From assembly GCF_000760515.2 (NCBI RefSeq), contig NW_013546323.1, positions 1 through 34,874 on the forward strand: 34,874 nucleotides of DNA, read 5' to 3'. The notes below the pieces were generated by a model, which was not told the DNA's origin, ran no database searches, and saw only the letters and a list, made by a program, of their open reading frames with translations. Shown here piece after piece: positions 1 to 9,482 of the stretch. This DNA comes from Mitosporidium daphniae (lineage: Eukaryota). The stretch's first letter is position 1, and each line of letters opens with the position of its first letter. A program made the position numbers and the translations under genes.

Positions 1-550
1 ATGGAGTGTCTTTGGATTGGGCCTATGACTAAGGTTACAACAGGCAGGGAAACCATTAATCTCATGCGCACCACCCAGAGTGGATTGGTGATGGATGCAG
101 AACAACATCCGGCAATCAATGCAGATACGGAATGCTTTATCCAGGGAGACGTGCTAATAGAGTTTTCAGATTCGAGAAGTGCATTTGTGTTGCGATAAAC
201 GGAGAAAAAAATCGCCCATGAAGGGAGATAGCCCAGGAGAGTTGGGGTTAGCCCTCTATACAATCCCCGGATCCCTTCCTCCTTAATGATAGCCTAAACA
301 TAAGGCATCATAAATTTGCACCTTAAATATAGAAGTTGCGCCGACCGCTAAATTCGCGTTTGAAACGGGAAGTGTTTGTATTTTTATCTTTAAAACGTCG
401 AGAGGACACGCGAAAATGGCTGCAGTAAAGCCGGAAATCGCACCAATCGCCACGGTCGGTACAAAGTCATTCGATTGCCTATAATAAGCTCAAGCGGTAA
501 AATAAATACCAGTCATGGTCATCAAAAGAGACAGGGTCCCGTTTTGACAT
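1..550 (-). CDS. Mitochondrial carrier (SLC25 family), NAD+ transporter Ndt1/Yia6-like; 5' part, runs off the left edge; missed by the ORF track
   Basis: Manual minus-strand translation from ATG 550 across three ~28-31 nt GT-AG introns: MSKRDPVSFDDHDW|QSNDFVPTVAIGAISGFTAAIFACPLDVLKIKIQ...K|AIIKEEGIRGLYRGLTPTLLGYLPSWAIFFSVY...AGCCSASITNPLWVVRMRLM|AQSKDTP. Shows the Px(D/E)xx(K/R) signature and EGxxGLYRG; PxWVV and GYLPxWAI are typical of the NAD/FAD/folate carrier subgroup. Confidence 0.88.
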
Positions 551-724
551 TCAAAATGAAATACCAATCATTATGGCACCAGAATTTAATTTTAGGCACT
601 TTGCAAAATTGTGCAATGTTCAACCTTATTTTGTTTATTGGGCGAGAGCTGATGTGGCGTTGCTGGGGGCTCGATGGCAGAATTATTTTTCATTTTGCAA
701 TATTAGAATCCCACCACCCACATT

Positions 725-1753
725 ATGATGTATCCTATTTCTAAGCCTGTCTATTTCATTGGAGAAAAAATTGGAATTAATTTCAGCAATCCAACTGCTT
801 CCCCCGATCGATGGTACATGGCCAAGTCTGGAATGTTCTTTTTGGTAATTTTCCTTCTTTTTTGGATGATACTTCACTTTTTTGTGCACATGATCTCATC
901 TTTGATTGCAAAATATCTTTTGCCAGCCGAGAGCTGCTCCTCAAGCGTGCAAAAGACCGATGCCAAGTCGATGTTGAGCAAAGTCAATGCCCCTGGTGTA
1001 CGGCAGAGAAATTCCAATGGAGAACGGTCCAAGGCGAAAAAGGAGGAACCGGCTTGTTTGAGCGCAAGCAATAATTGTAACAAAGAGCCTTTGAAGCGTG
1101 TAAAGTTTAACGTTGCGTTCTGGAAGGCCGTCAATTATTCGTTCCTCGTTTTTGTTGGATTGAAGACCTTGCGATCGGCGGATTGGCTGCCAAACTACCA
1201 CGAATATGCTATACCTTTACCGCTAATCGAAATTAAAACCACAATTTATTATCACCTTGCAATTGCTTCATACCTGTATGGCTTCTTTTGCCTGCTAGTG
1301 GAGCCTCATCTGAAAGACTTCATGATAATGGTTTCTCACCATTTGGTTACGCTGCTGTTGCTGATCGGCTCATACTACTTACTTGGGTCGGTACGCATTG
1401 GCATGGTAGTCATGATTCTTCATGATATTTGCGATCCTTTTATGGAGATTGCAAAGCTTTGTCTTTACGCGGATCTCCATCTTCCTGCGAACGTCTTTTT
1501 CGTGTCCTTTGCGTTGATCTTTATCGTTTCCAGATGTGTTATTTATCCAACATTTGTCATACACCCACTATTTATTTTACTGCAAAGCGAAGAGAATCAA
1601 ATGATGATTGCTTATGCCCATCTTTTAATGTTGTGTATTATCTTTGTTATGGATGTCTATTGGACATTTCTTATCCTCAAAATGATCGTCGCTCAGTTGA
1701 CCGGCAAATCGCTAAAAAGAGACATACGCGAAGAAGTGGACAATGAAGACTGA
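725..1753 (+). CDS. LAG1: Ceramide synthase (Lag1/Lac1, TLC domain)
   Basis: 342-aa multi-TM ORF, apparently intronless, with the Lag1p motif KDFMIMVSHHLVTLLLLIGSY...IGMVVMILHDICDPFMEIAK and C-terminal DIRE-acidic tail. Confidence 0.92.
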   Translation: MMYPISKPVYFIGEKIGINFSNPTASPDRWYMAKSGMFFLVIFLLFWMILHFFVHMISSLIAKYLLPAESCSSSVQKTDAKSMLSKVNAPGVRQRNSNGERSKAKKEEPACLSASNNCNKEPLKRVKFNVAFWKAVNYSFLVFVGLKTLRSADWLPNYHEYAIPLPLIEIKTTIYYHLAIASYLYGFFCLLVEPHLKDFMIMVSHHLVTLLLLIGSYYLLGSVRIGMVVMILHDICDPFMEIAKLCLYADLHLPANVFFVSFALIFIVSRCVIYPTFVIHPLFILLQSEENQMMIAYAHLLMLCIIFVMDVYWTFLILKMIVAQLTGKSLKRDIREEVDNED

Positions 1754-1787
1754 TTGAAGGAAAGGGTTGTTTTATTTACAAATAAAT

Positions 1788-2249
1788 TTACATGATTTGA
1801 CATCGACAGCATTGAATTGGACATTTCCTTTTAATTTCTGAACACTCTTTTGCTTGATTTGCATCGCGGATTTCGGTGACCGGCCAAACCTTCTTAGCCT
1901 CTGATTCGCGCTCCCACGCGGACCCACATGATACGTCCTCCCTAATTGAGGACTGATCTTCGGGCTGATATTCGGGCTGATATTCGGACTCATCATCTAC
2001 ACGCTGCTGGTCACCATCATGATCATCATGATCACCGCGGTGCGGCAGTAAAGGTGTTCTTGGAATTTTATCGATCTTTTGAAACGGCAGCGGAACGCTG
2101 AGCTCCGACTCGTCGTGATAAAACTCGATCTACAAAGTTATTGTTGGTCTGCTTTTCATTACTGTCCTATCTCCAGATAAAATAATGTTAAATTGATGGT
2201 TTTGGCCAGTGGGCGAGCTACTTGAATTAAACGAGGAAATTGTAGACAT
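1788..2249 (-). CDS. Orphan ~142-aa protein with C-terminal CaaX (CCRCQIM*); exons 2249-2163 and 2129-1788; not in the ORF track
   Basis: ATG 2249, 29-codon exon, 33-nt GT-AG intron (2162-2130, ending in an in-frame TAG), then 113 open codons ending KRKCPIQCCRCQIM-TAA. Fills the gap between LAG1 and MRPL20 almost exactly. Confidence 0.65.
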
Positions 2250-2272
2250 TTTTTATAAAATCAATTTGTAAA

Positions 2273-2881
2273 ATGTCATCATCTTTGCTGTGTCCTCTTT
2301 TGATGTCAAGGCTGCCATGCCCCTCAATTTTTCAATCGATCCTCGCAGCTAGGCATTTGCAAACTAGAGGCTTCAAAAGAAACATCAAGGCAAGGACAAA
2401 CAAGCCGGTCACTAGCAACATCTCTAAAACCCCAAATGCCCCAAATTTATTTGAAGGCGCCCCGCTTATTCTTGACGATGGATCTCAATTTGTTTGCATC
2501 GACACGTTGCAGCTGTCGCTAAAATCTCCGCTATTAAAGCAACTGATGCCGGACATCCCGATTCCTGACATCGGACAGGAGCCTCTTCCTCCGCTCACGA
2601 GGACACCAAAATCGCACGCTCCATTTAGAGCGCTATCGGAGGAAGAACATTCAAGACTGCTCACGCTTCGTCAAAAAGACCCCCAAAAATATTCTGTTTC
2701 CGAGTGTGCCAAACTATTCAATTGCCCTCCTTTGCAAATTATGCAAACCGTCCATGCTCCGGCCAATTATAAAAAAGAATTGGCGGCCCAATTGGACAAA
2801 CAAAAATATAGACGAAGAAATGTTATCCGAGCTAGGCGAAAGGAAGTTTTCGAAAATGCCTGGCACCATTATCACAGCTAG
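2273..2881 (+). CDS. MRPL20: Mitochondrial ribosomal protein mL58 (fungal MRP-L20)
   Basis: Arg/Ser/Leu-rich presequence-like N-terminus; LPPL...LSEEEHSRLLTLRQKDPQKYSVSECAKLFNCPPLQI resembles the MRP-L20 core (LRxxDPxxxSxxxLAxxFNCSPxF). Confidence 0.75.
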   Translation: MSSSLLCPLLMSRLPCPSIFQSILAARHLQTRGFKRNIKARTNKPVTSNISKTPNAPNLFEGAPLILDDGSQFVCIDTLQLSLKSPLLKQLMPDIPIPDIGQEPLPPLTRTPKSHAPFRALSEEEHSRLLTLRQKDPQKYSVSECAKLFNCPPLQIMQTVHAPANYKKELAAQLDKQKYRRRNVIRARRKEVFENAWHHYHS

Positions 2882-2928
2882 GCGAAAGAAAGTTTTCGAA
2901 AATGCGTGGCACCATTGTCACAGCTAGG
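2830..2928 (+). repeat. Tandem duplication, 2 x 46 bp, spanning the MRPL20 stop codon
   Basis: gctaggcgaaaggaagttttcgaaaatgcctggcaccattatcaca (2831-2876) repeats at 2877-2922 with 3 substitutions; AGCTAGG lies at all three junctions. Confidence 0.9.
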
Positions 2929-3157
2929 GTTATAATTTATTAAACGTCCGTGCACCCCCGTACTCCGCGAAAATATTTAAATCGCAATTGATGCAGGCTT
3001 TATTAATTCATGCAGCTTTCGAAGCTTTCATTTGTCTGAATGCGTACAAATGTCAGTCAAAAAAGCTTCTAGAGTGTATACGCAACCTAAGGTCGCTCTC
3101 TTACTCGATGTGTGTCGTTTGAAGAGCATTACCCATGGCTTGCACAGCATACCATCA

Positions 3158-4332
3158 TTAGTTTGACTCTTCATCGCTCACAAAAATTCCGTCCAAATAC
3201 CTAATAAAAGGATCGTTTTCAAGCGTGAGGCGCAAATATCTATAAGTTACCATGAGATTGAGTACTTTTCATGATCCCATAAAGACCTTTGTGAGAGGCA
3301 ACTTGCATTAAAGGGCTCCTTGATAAAGTCTCCATTTTGCACCTACAGGTAAAGCAGCAGGCCGAGCAATACCCGTTCGCGCAAATAGTTGATTATTTTG
3401 ACAAGGTCATAAAACGAATGCAAAGATTGGCGGGAAATCTTTTTCAAATCAAGCCCATGGATTTCGGGGAGGTGGCCCTCAAAAAGGTCGTCAAAGTCGT
3501 TAAAATCCTGATCGTCAAACAGACATTTGATTTTTTCCGTATCGGACTCTTGCCACTCACCCCAGCTTGAGTCGGAGTCAACGGCACCGTGCCAATTGTC
3601 ATCCTTATCGATGCAATTCTATGCGTCAACGCAAAACGTAGGTACCTGGTAGTTGATAAGATAGTACTTGTCAAATGAGGTATCAAGCGGATTGATTCGA
3701 GCATGCCTTTTACCCTGCATGTGGGTCTTCACGGCATCAACGCTTTCAAAACAATTGTCACAAAAAATGCAGCATAAATTTTTCAAAAGCCGATTGCGCA
3801 GTACAGCGATAAATTCGGGCAAAAAGACCAGATTATATGCTTTACCAAGAACCAGCCCATGCGACTTATCTAAGTGTGCAAGGTATTCCGGATACGATTG
3901 CCCCGCAGCTTCATTGCATATGAAGCATTTTTCGTGTTCCAAAGGGGCGCAAAGATCCTCTTTTTGCTGTTTTAAAAGGCAGGAAAGCAGGGAATGTTCC
4001 AGTTTGAATCGAATCAAAGCGTCCGCAAGCTGGCCGGGGTTTTCCGGCGTAGCGCCAACATATGTGATCCCGTCTTTTGAGTAAAAGTTACTCCTGATTT
4101 GGATTTCGCAATTATCCTGCGTGAAATAGTAATTCAAATAGGACTCCAAAAATGGCGCTACTTGAAACGCCTGGAACACGCAAAGCTTATGCCGATTTTT
4201 GAGATGTGCCAAAAATCCAGATGCAGAGTCAAACAGGCCTTGTCGACATCCCTCAAAAGTGCAGCGAATGGGCGTGCAAACCAGGTGGGCGTTATCCTGA
4301 TTCCCCGCGTGGTTGACTTCATCGACAATCAT
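3158..4332 (-). CDS. ZNF277: C2H2 zinc-finger protein, ZNF277-like (about 4 exons)
   Basis: CIFCDNCFESVDAVKTHMQGKRHARINPLDTSFDKYYLINY matches the ZNF277 signature. After a 26-nt intron (3644-3619) it continues CLFDD...HGLDL...SFYDLVKIINYLRER and ends WDHEK|YLRLTLENDPFIRYLD...EESN*. The 3' end is tentative. Confidence 0.82.
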
Positions 4333-4362
4333 TTTAGAATGCAAAAATTTAATTCAACGCAA

Positions 4363-5994
4363 TTACAATTTCGATGCTATGAAGGTGGACGCGGTGAATT
4401 GCTTTTCCGTCACACCTTCTCCCATTGCAGCAGTGGAAGTCACGCCGCCCTGCACCAAGCGCATATATTCATCATACAGCTTTGCACCACTCCATGTTTG
4501 ATGAGCAAGCGTCTCTACCTTATTTTCTCTTTCCTTTCTTTGGATTTGCTCAACATAGGCAATCACGCCCTTGGAAGAAAACAAACGCGCAAATTGGTCC
4601 GTTGCCAATGCATTTAAATGGAATCCAGCTAGGGTTATAAATTGCCAATTAAAAGACAATTGTGCAAGTGTGCTAGTAAAGCCGGCCATCTGGTCACGCG
4701 TCATCCCCGATTGCTCCCAATTAAATGAGGGAGAAAGGTTGTATGCGAGAAACTTTTTTGGATGTGCTCCAAGTACGCCTTCCGAAAATTTACGAGCTTG
4801 ATCAAGAGAAGGGCAGGCCGTCTCTGCCCAAAGCATATCTGCAAAAGGGGCAAATGCAATGGAACGGTCAGTAGCCGCCTCAATCGAACCATGGTACCTG
4901 TAATATCCCTCCCTTGTTCTTGGAGACTCGCAATTCCAATACAAATCTATTCCTTTTGAATGGCGAACCCAGTGCAATATTTCCTCTGCCATGGCACCAC
5001 GAAATCTTCTCTTAAATTCATTCATGATTGCAGGATCTCCAGATACCTTTTTTCTCAAGGCCGCTTCTAGGGTGCAAAGTTGAGCCTCACGCAGCCATTT
5101 CTCTTCGAGTTCTTGAAGAACAGCGCAGGAGGCACCTCGCTGTTTAGCCTCATTCAAAACACCTATTAACGTCCCTTTCTCGTTCGCATTGACCGAGCCG
5201 AGAATGTAAGGATGGTCTCTCGGATCAATGTTGCTTTGCAAGAGCTTTGCCGCCTCGGCATCTGTTCTGCTTATCAGAACCGTCTCCACTCCCATCACAT
5301 CAAATTGTAGCCGAAAAGCGTTCAATCTATCTATGTGTTCTTGCGTGGAAACGAGAACCTTTCCACCCATATGGCCGCACTTTTTGGTTCCTGCTGCCTG
5401 ATCTTCCACGTGAACTCCGGCTGCGCCGCGCTCAACAAATAGCTTGGCAAGCTTGATGTTGGATGTAATTCCCCCATGGCCAGTATCTGCATCTGCAATG
5501 AGTGGCCTCATCACATCATATGGAGCCTCATCACTTGTGAGCGCCTCAAATGTCAACTTTCGATCGTGCATTCTTTGGGCCAGCCATAGTTGCTCTACCT
5601 TCCTAGGAACAGTATCCATGGGATAGTCTGCAAGATCGGGACCTGGCTCATTGGTCGATGATGCTGTTGATGACGATTGCCATCCGGACACGTATATGGT
5701 TTCAAGATATTTTGACATTTGAATCACCTGCACCGGGTCCAAGGCCCCAAAAGTAATCGATGCAGTCTTGTTTGTGGCATGTTTCTGCAAAATTTTCCAA
5801 AGCTTTTTTGCTTGAATATCTGATTCATATTGGAACAGCGGGAAAGATCCCCGAAGCACCGCTACATCTTTAGCGCTCCACAGACGTTTAATATACTTCC
5901 ATCTTTCAGATTGATACCACTTTTCGATAGACTCGACATTTAGTGCAAGGGTTTTCTTGATATGCATCATGTGATTTTTGCTCTCGTCATTCAT
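4363..5994 (-). CDS. ICL1: Isocitrate lyase (long fungal/plant type) with PTS1 (-SKL)
   Basis: Intronless 543-aa ORF with [23 protein letters not shown], catalytic [16 protein letters not shown] and WQFITLAG; ends ASKL*. Confidence 0.97.
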   Translation of the reverse strand: MNDESKNHMMHIKKTLALNVESIEKWYQSERWKYIKRLWSAKDVAVLRGSFPLFQYESDIQAKKLWKILQKHATNKTASITFGALDPVQVIQMSKYLETIYVSGWQSSSTASSTNEPGPDLADYPMDTVPRKVEQLWLAQRMHDRKLTFEALTSDEAPYDVMRPLIADADTGHGGITSNIKLAKLFVERGAAGVHVEDQAAGTKKCGHMGGKVLVSTQEHIDRLNAFRLQFDVMGVETVLISRTDAEAAKLLQSNIDPRDHPYILGSVNANEKGTLIGVLNEAKQRGASCAVLQELEEKWLREAQLCTLEAALRKKVSGDPAIMNEFKRRFRGAMAEEILHWVRHSKGIDLYWNCESPRTREGYYRYHGSIEAATDRSIAFAPFADMLWAETACPSLDQARKFSEGVLGAHPKKFLAYNLSPSFNWEQSGMTRDQMAGFTSTLAQLSFNWQFITLAGFHLNALATDQFARLFSSKGVIAYVEQIQRKERENKVETLAHQTWSGAKLYDEYMRLVQGGVTSTAAMGEGVTEKQFTASTFIASKL

Positions 5995-6129
5995 TTTATC
6001 ACTATAGTGGGAAATTGATGCCGCAAAAAAGAAATTGTGATTATATTGGGAAAATGATGCCGAAATCCCGCCGTCTTGGGCACATTGCTCATTTTATCAA
6101 ACTGCTAGAAATTTGGCATAAATCAGTAG

Positions 6130-6187
6130 CCAATTGAAGGAGACCTTCCGCTTGATTGGTTGAAACTTATTTGTGAATTTTAATTGG
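6130..6187. promoter_or_regulatory. Three CCAAT boxes in the divergent ICL1/bHLH promoter
   Basis: CCAAT 6130-6134, ATTGG 6155-6159, ATTGG 6183-6187. Function is inferred only. Confidence 0.35.
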
Positions 6188-6267
6188 CTGCTCTTTTAAC
6201 TACCAGTCATATGTATATCCGCTACCTCTGTGTTGGCGCTTTACAACATCCTCCTTTGGCAATAAAA

Positions 6268-7040
6268 ATGGAAAATACGGATATCTGTGAAAGTGACTCC
6301 GATTATCGGATATTTCCCTCGCACGAAAGTAACAAGTTGATACTGTATTTTTATTAGTTAGATCGTTCTCCAAAACGGCTGTAAATCTCAATCTCTTGGC
6401 AGAGACCATATTGCATGCTCCTTCGATTTCTCCATTCTCCGGGGTAGATTCAAAATCTACTTCTAGAGATGCCTGCCCTCTTAAAATGCGGTCGATCGAT
6501 TCACCTAATGCAATTTTCACGCATCATAAGCAGGACGAACTAATTGGTTTCCGGTCGATCCTGCCTCCTGGCCATTCATATTCTTTTGATCAAGATTTAC
6601 AGCCTCAAAGAAGGAAGAAGCTTTGTGCAGACGATATTATTCTTGAAAAGAAAAAGGCTCACATTGTTTCTGAGCAGAAGCGTCGGCAAAACATCAATGA
6701 CGGCTTTGAAGAGCTCAAGCAAATAATCCCAGCTTGCAGTGCCACTACGGATTCTAAGGCTGTTATTCTTAGAAAAGGTATCAGTTTATGTTGGCATTTT
6801 ATCTTTTTTATTGTAGCGGTCAATTATATCAAATCTCTTGAGGCTCAGCTTGTCCATAACACAGATTTAATTCAAAGGCATCCAATACACAGCAAAACAC
6901 CACGCCATTTAAAGCCACACCATTCCTCTCCACTGCCACTGATTTTTCACGGGGCAGCAAGTATTGCACATTCAGAGGTTTTCCATCTGAATCAAGTAGA
7001 TAGTATTCATATAGATCCACTTACTAATATAACAATATAG
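6268..7040 (+). CDS. bHLH transcription factor (Max/Mlx/USF-like, E-box binding)
   Basis: KKKAHIVSEQKRRQNINDGFEELKQIIP...DSKAVILRK|AVNYIKSLE once the in-frame 39-nt intron 6778-6816 is removed (H-E-R basic region). Probable first exon ATG 6268-6328, intron 6329-6357. Confidence 0.85.
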
Positions 7041-7159
7041 AATTTCAGTTTTAATTTAGGGTTCAATTTTAATTTCAGTTTTAATTTAGGGTTCAGTTTC
7101 AATTTCAGGTTCAATTTCAGCTTCGGTTTTAGTTTCAGTTTCGGTTTCAGTTTCAGTTT
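7041..7159. repeat. Degenerate hexamer array (A(A/G)TTTC-like, about 20 units) with an internal 30-bp-period duplication containing TTTAGGG
   Basis: aatttcagttttaatttagggttc occurs at 7041 and 7071, followed by agtttc/aatttc/ggtttc units. Confidence 0.85.
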
Positions 7160-7207
7160 AAAACTTTCATGTCAATTTTATTTTTACATTGAAGTTTTTC
7201 GTCTTGA

Positions 7208-8630
7208 ATGCAGAACCATAAAAGTGTACTTTCCACAATTAACGCTTTCCATTTTTCCTCCAGACAATTGGTAGACGATCTGCAGGAGCAAATTAGAACT
7301 GCCGTGGACAAGATTTCGAATGAACTCAATGAACTAGAGGCTAAAAGGTATTGTGCTCTGATGCATTTAACTTGAGGGTTTCTTCTCTTTCTTTGAGATC
7401 CGAACAATATGTGAATGCTCAGGCAACTGCCGAAAAAGTACTCTTGGTCAGCGTTATTTTTAGATCATTCAAGAAGAACTAAAATTAAGGCAAGATGAAG
7501 AGAGACTAAGAGCTGCAGAACATATCCGTCTTTTGGTCATACAAGAGCGACAGAAAAAAGAACGACAGAAAAACGAACAGCAGGAAAGAGAAAAACAGGA
7601 GCAAAAGCTTGTTGAGGCTACAAAAACTCAAGAAGCTCCGCAAACGATTGGTACTGAGCTTTATGGTGGAGCCACGAAGAACAAGCTTGAGGGTGAAGAA
7701 ACAACGTCTCTATATGCATCAAGAGTTATATATTTTCTCTGGGCTGAAAGGGTATTTACTTTAATATTTTGATGTCTTCAGAGCCTTTCTTTATTGATAT
7801 CTGAGGAGTTTTCGTCTCCCAAATTTCCGAACATAAAACCAATGATCCTGGGATTAAAAATGAAGATCAATACAAAAATTTGCCAGATAACTCAATCCTC
7901 CTCTCAAATAAGCATTGTGGTTAGTACTTTCATATCGAAAATTCTTTCCATCTAGATAAACGGGCTAAAAGAGATCGTATTGGCGGCTGGCACTCAAAAC
8001 GAACATTTGCTTAATTTCTGCCAGTTTTTCATTTCAGAAAAAATATGCGACCAGGCATCTATACTGGCAGCATCCCATCTTCCTGCTGCCGTATCAATTG
8101 CACGAGTGTGCCATGGCATATCGAAATTTGGAATCCTTCCAGACTTTCTTGTCAAATTGCTGGGGACCCTAGCATTTAGATGTCCTCTATTAAATGGATC
8201 AAACCCTTCTGGGTTTTCATTTTCAAAACTTGGATACAAAATGAAACCAGATGGCATTTCAGTAAATGAAACCAATGATTCTTGGATCGAACGGATGCGA
8301 GGATACATTTCCCTGTATATCGCAATTCTTTTGTGCGACAATTTTGAGCCTGGTCTGAGTTGGACCCTATTGGTATCGATCCTAAATCTTGACACCCCAC
8401 ATCCATGGATTCCTTTCTTGTTAGTTTCTATCCTTGATGTTGGTTCGATATCCTTTTTTAGATTATTTCAAGGTTATTATTTGAAGCTTATTTTGTTGGT
8501 AAAGGAGCAGCTCATTCCCACTCTAAAGTCCACAAGCATTGCATTTTCTCCCAAATCCTCGCTTCCAAGATTAGAAATTATGGTAGATGAGATTTTACTA
8601 AATCCAACTTCTGTCGGACTTGCTTTATAG
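7208..8630 (+). CDS. GLE1: mRNA export factor Gle1 (5 exons)
   Basis: Coiled-coil region (ELKLRQDEERLRAAE...EQQEREKQEQK) followed by LGYK...ETNDSWIERMRGYISLYIAIL...SWTLLVSILN, matching the Gle1 C-terminal domain. Four short introns join in frame. Confidence 0.85.
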
Positions 8631-9482
8631 CCGATCATTTTTAAAAGGCCTACTTTTTCAACGGCCAGTTTTAATCTCATTGGAATAGAAACGAAATTTG
8701 TTCGGACAATCAAATTTTCTTTATTTTGCCCTCTAAAAAAAGGACATATCCAGATGTGCTTATGCATTTGCAAGATGTTATGATTGCCTGAAATCACTTC
8801 CGGTTCTTGTTCTCAGTTGAGAGTTAACCTTATAAAGACGTTGAAGCGTTAAAAAATGGTAAATATTTTGGTTCATATTCCCGGACTTCAAGAATATTTT
8901 ATATCCGGGGTGTTTCTCTAGACATGCCGTGTTTATACAGCAGCTTATATCACGCTGTGTGTCCGATTTCTAAAAGCGACACTTGGTGTCTAGTCTATAC
9001 TCCCATTATTCCTACATTAGAGAACTTTAATCTCAAGCTGAAAAAACGGCTCCAATATCAAAAAAATCTCATCCCAAAACCGTATCATTAAAAAACTACT
9101 GATAACTCCAATATTTATAGTAACTTTCAACTGAATTAGACGTTTTCTTTCATACAGGACGGCATTTATTGGTGTCTTGAAAGATGTAGAATATGTACAA
9201 AGGTCAATTTAGACCTCATACACTGTCGGAACAGCTGGCCAAGTCCCGGCAAAAATAGAGCACGAGAATATACAGTCTCTAAACGTAATTGCAGGCATAT
9301 GAGTGGCTGAATTTATTTAAATCAGGATTAGGTAGCTGTGCCAGCCAATATGAATTAAATGTTTTATCCGAAACTGCAAAACAAACGGTATGTACCAATC
9401 ATTTCTGTGCTTCAAATGCATATCGCAGCCAATTAAATAAACATGCTAATGTATTTCAGCAAATCATTCGAATGCTTTTTTA

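Noticed and set aside
1..198. Plus-strand 65-aa ORF
   Set aside because: Antisense shadow of the mitochondrial carrier gene on the minus strand.
1772..1996. 74-aa ORF MMSPNISPNISP...
   Set aside because: An overlapping frame gives a longer spliced model ending in CaaX, which fits better.
3668..5626. Plus-strand ORFs overlapping ZNF277-like and ICL1, and similar shadow ORFs elsewhere
   Set aside because: They are antisense to well-supported genes and have no recognisable motifs.
7041..7159. Telomere or interstitial telomeric tract
   Set aside because: Only two isolated TTTAGGG units within a degenerate hexamer repeat.
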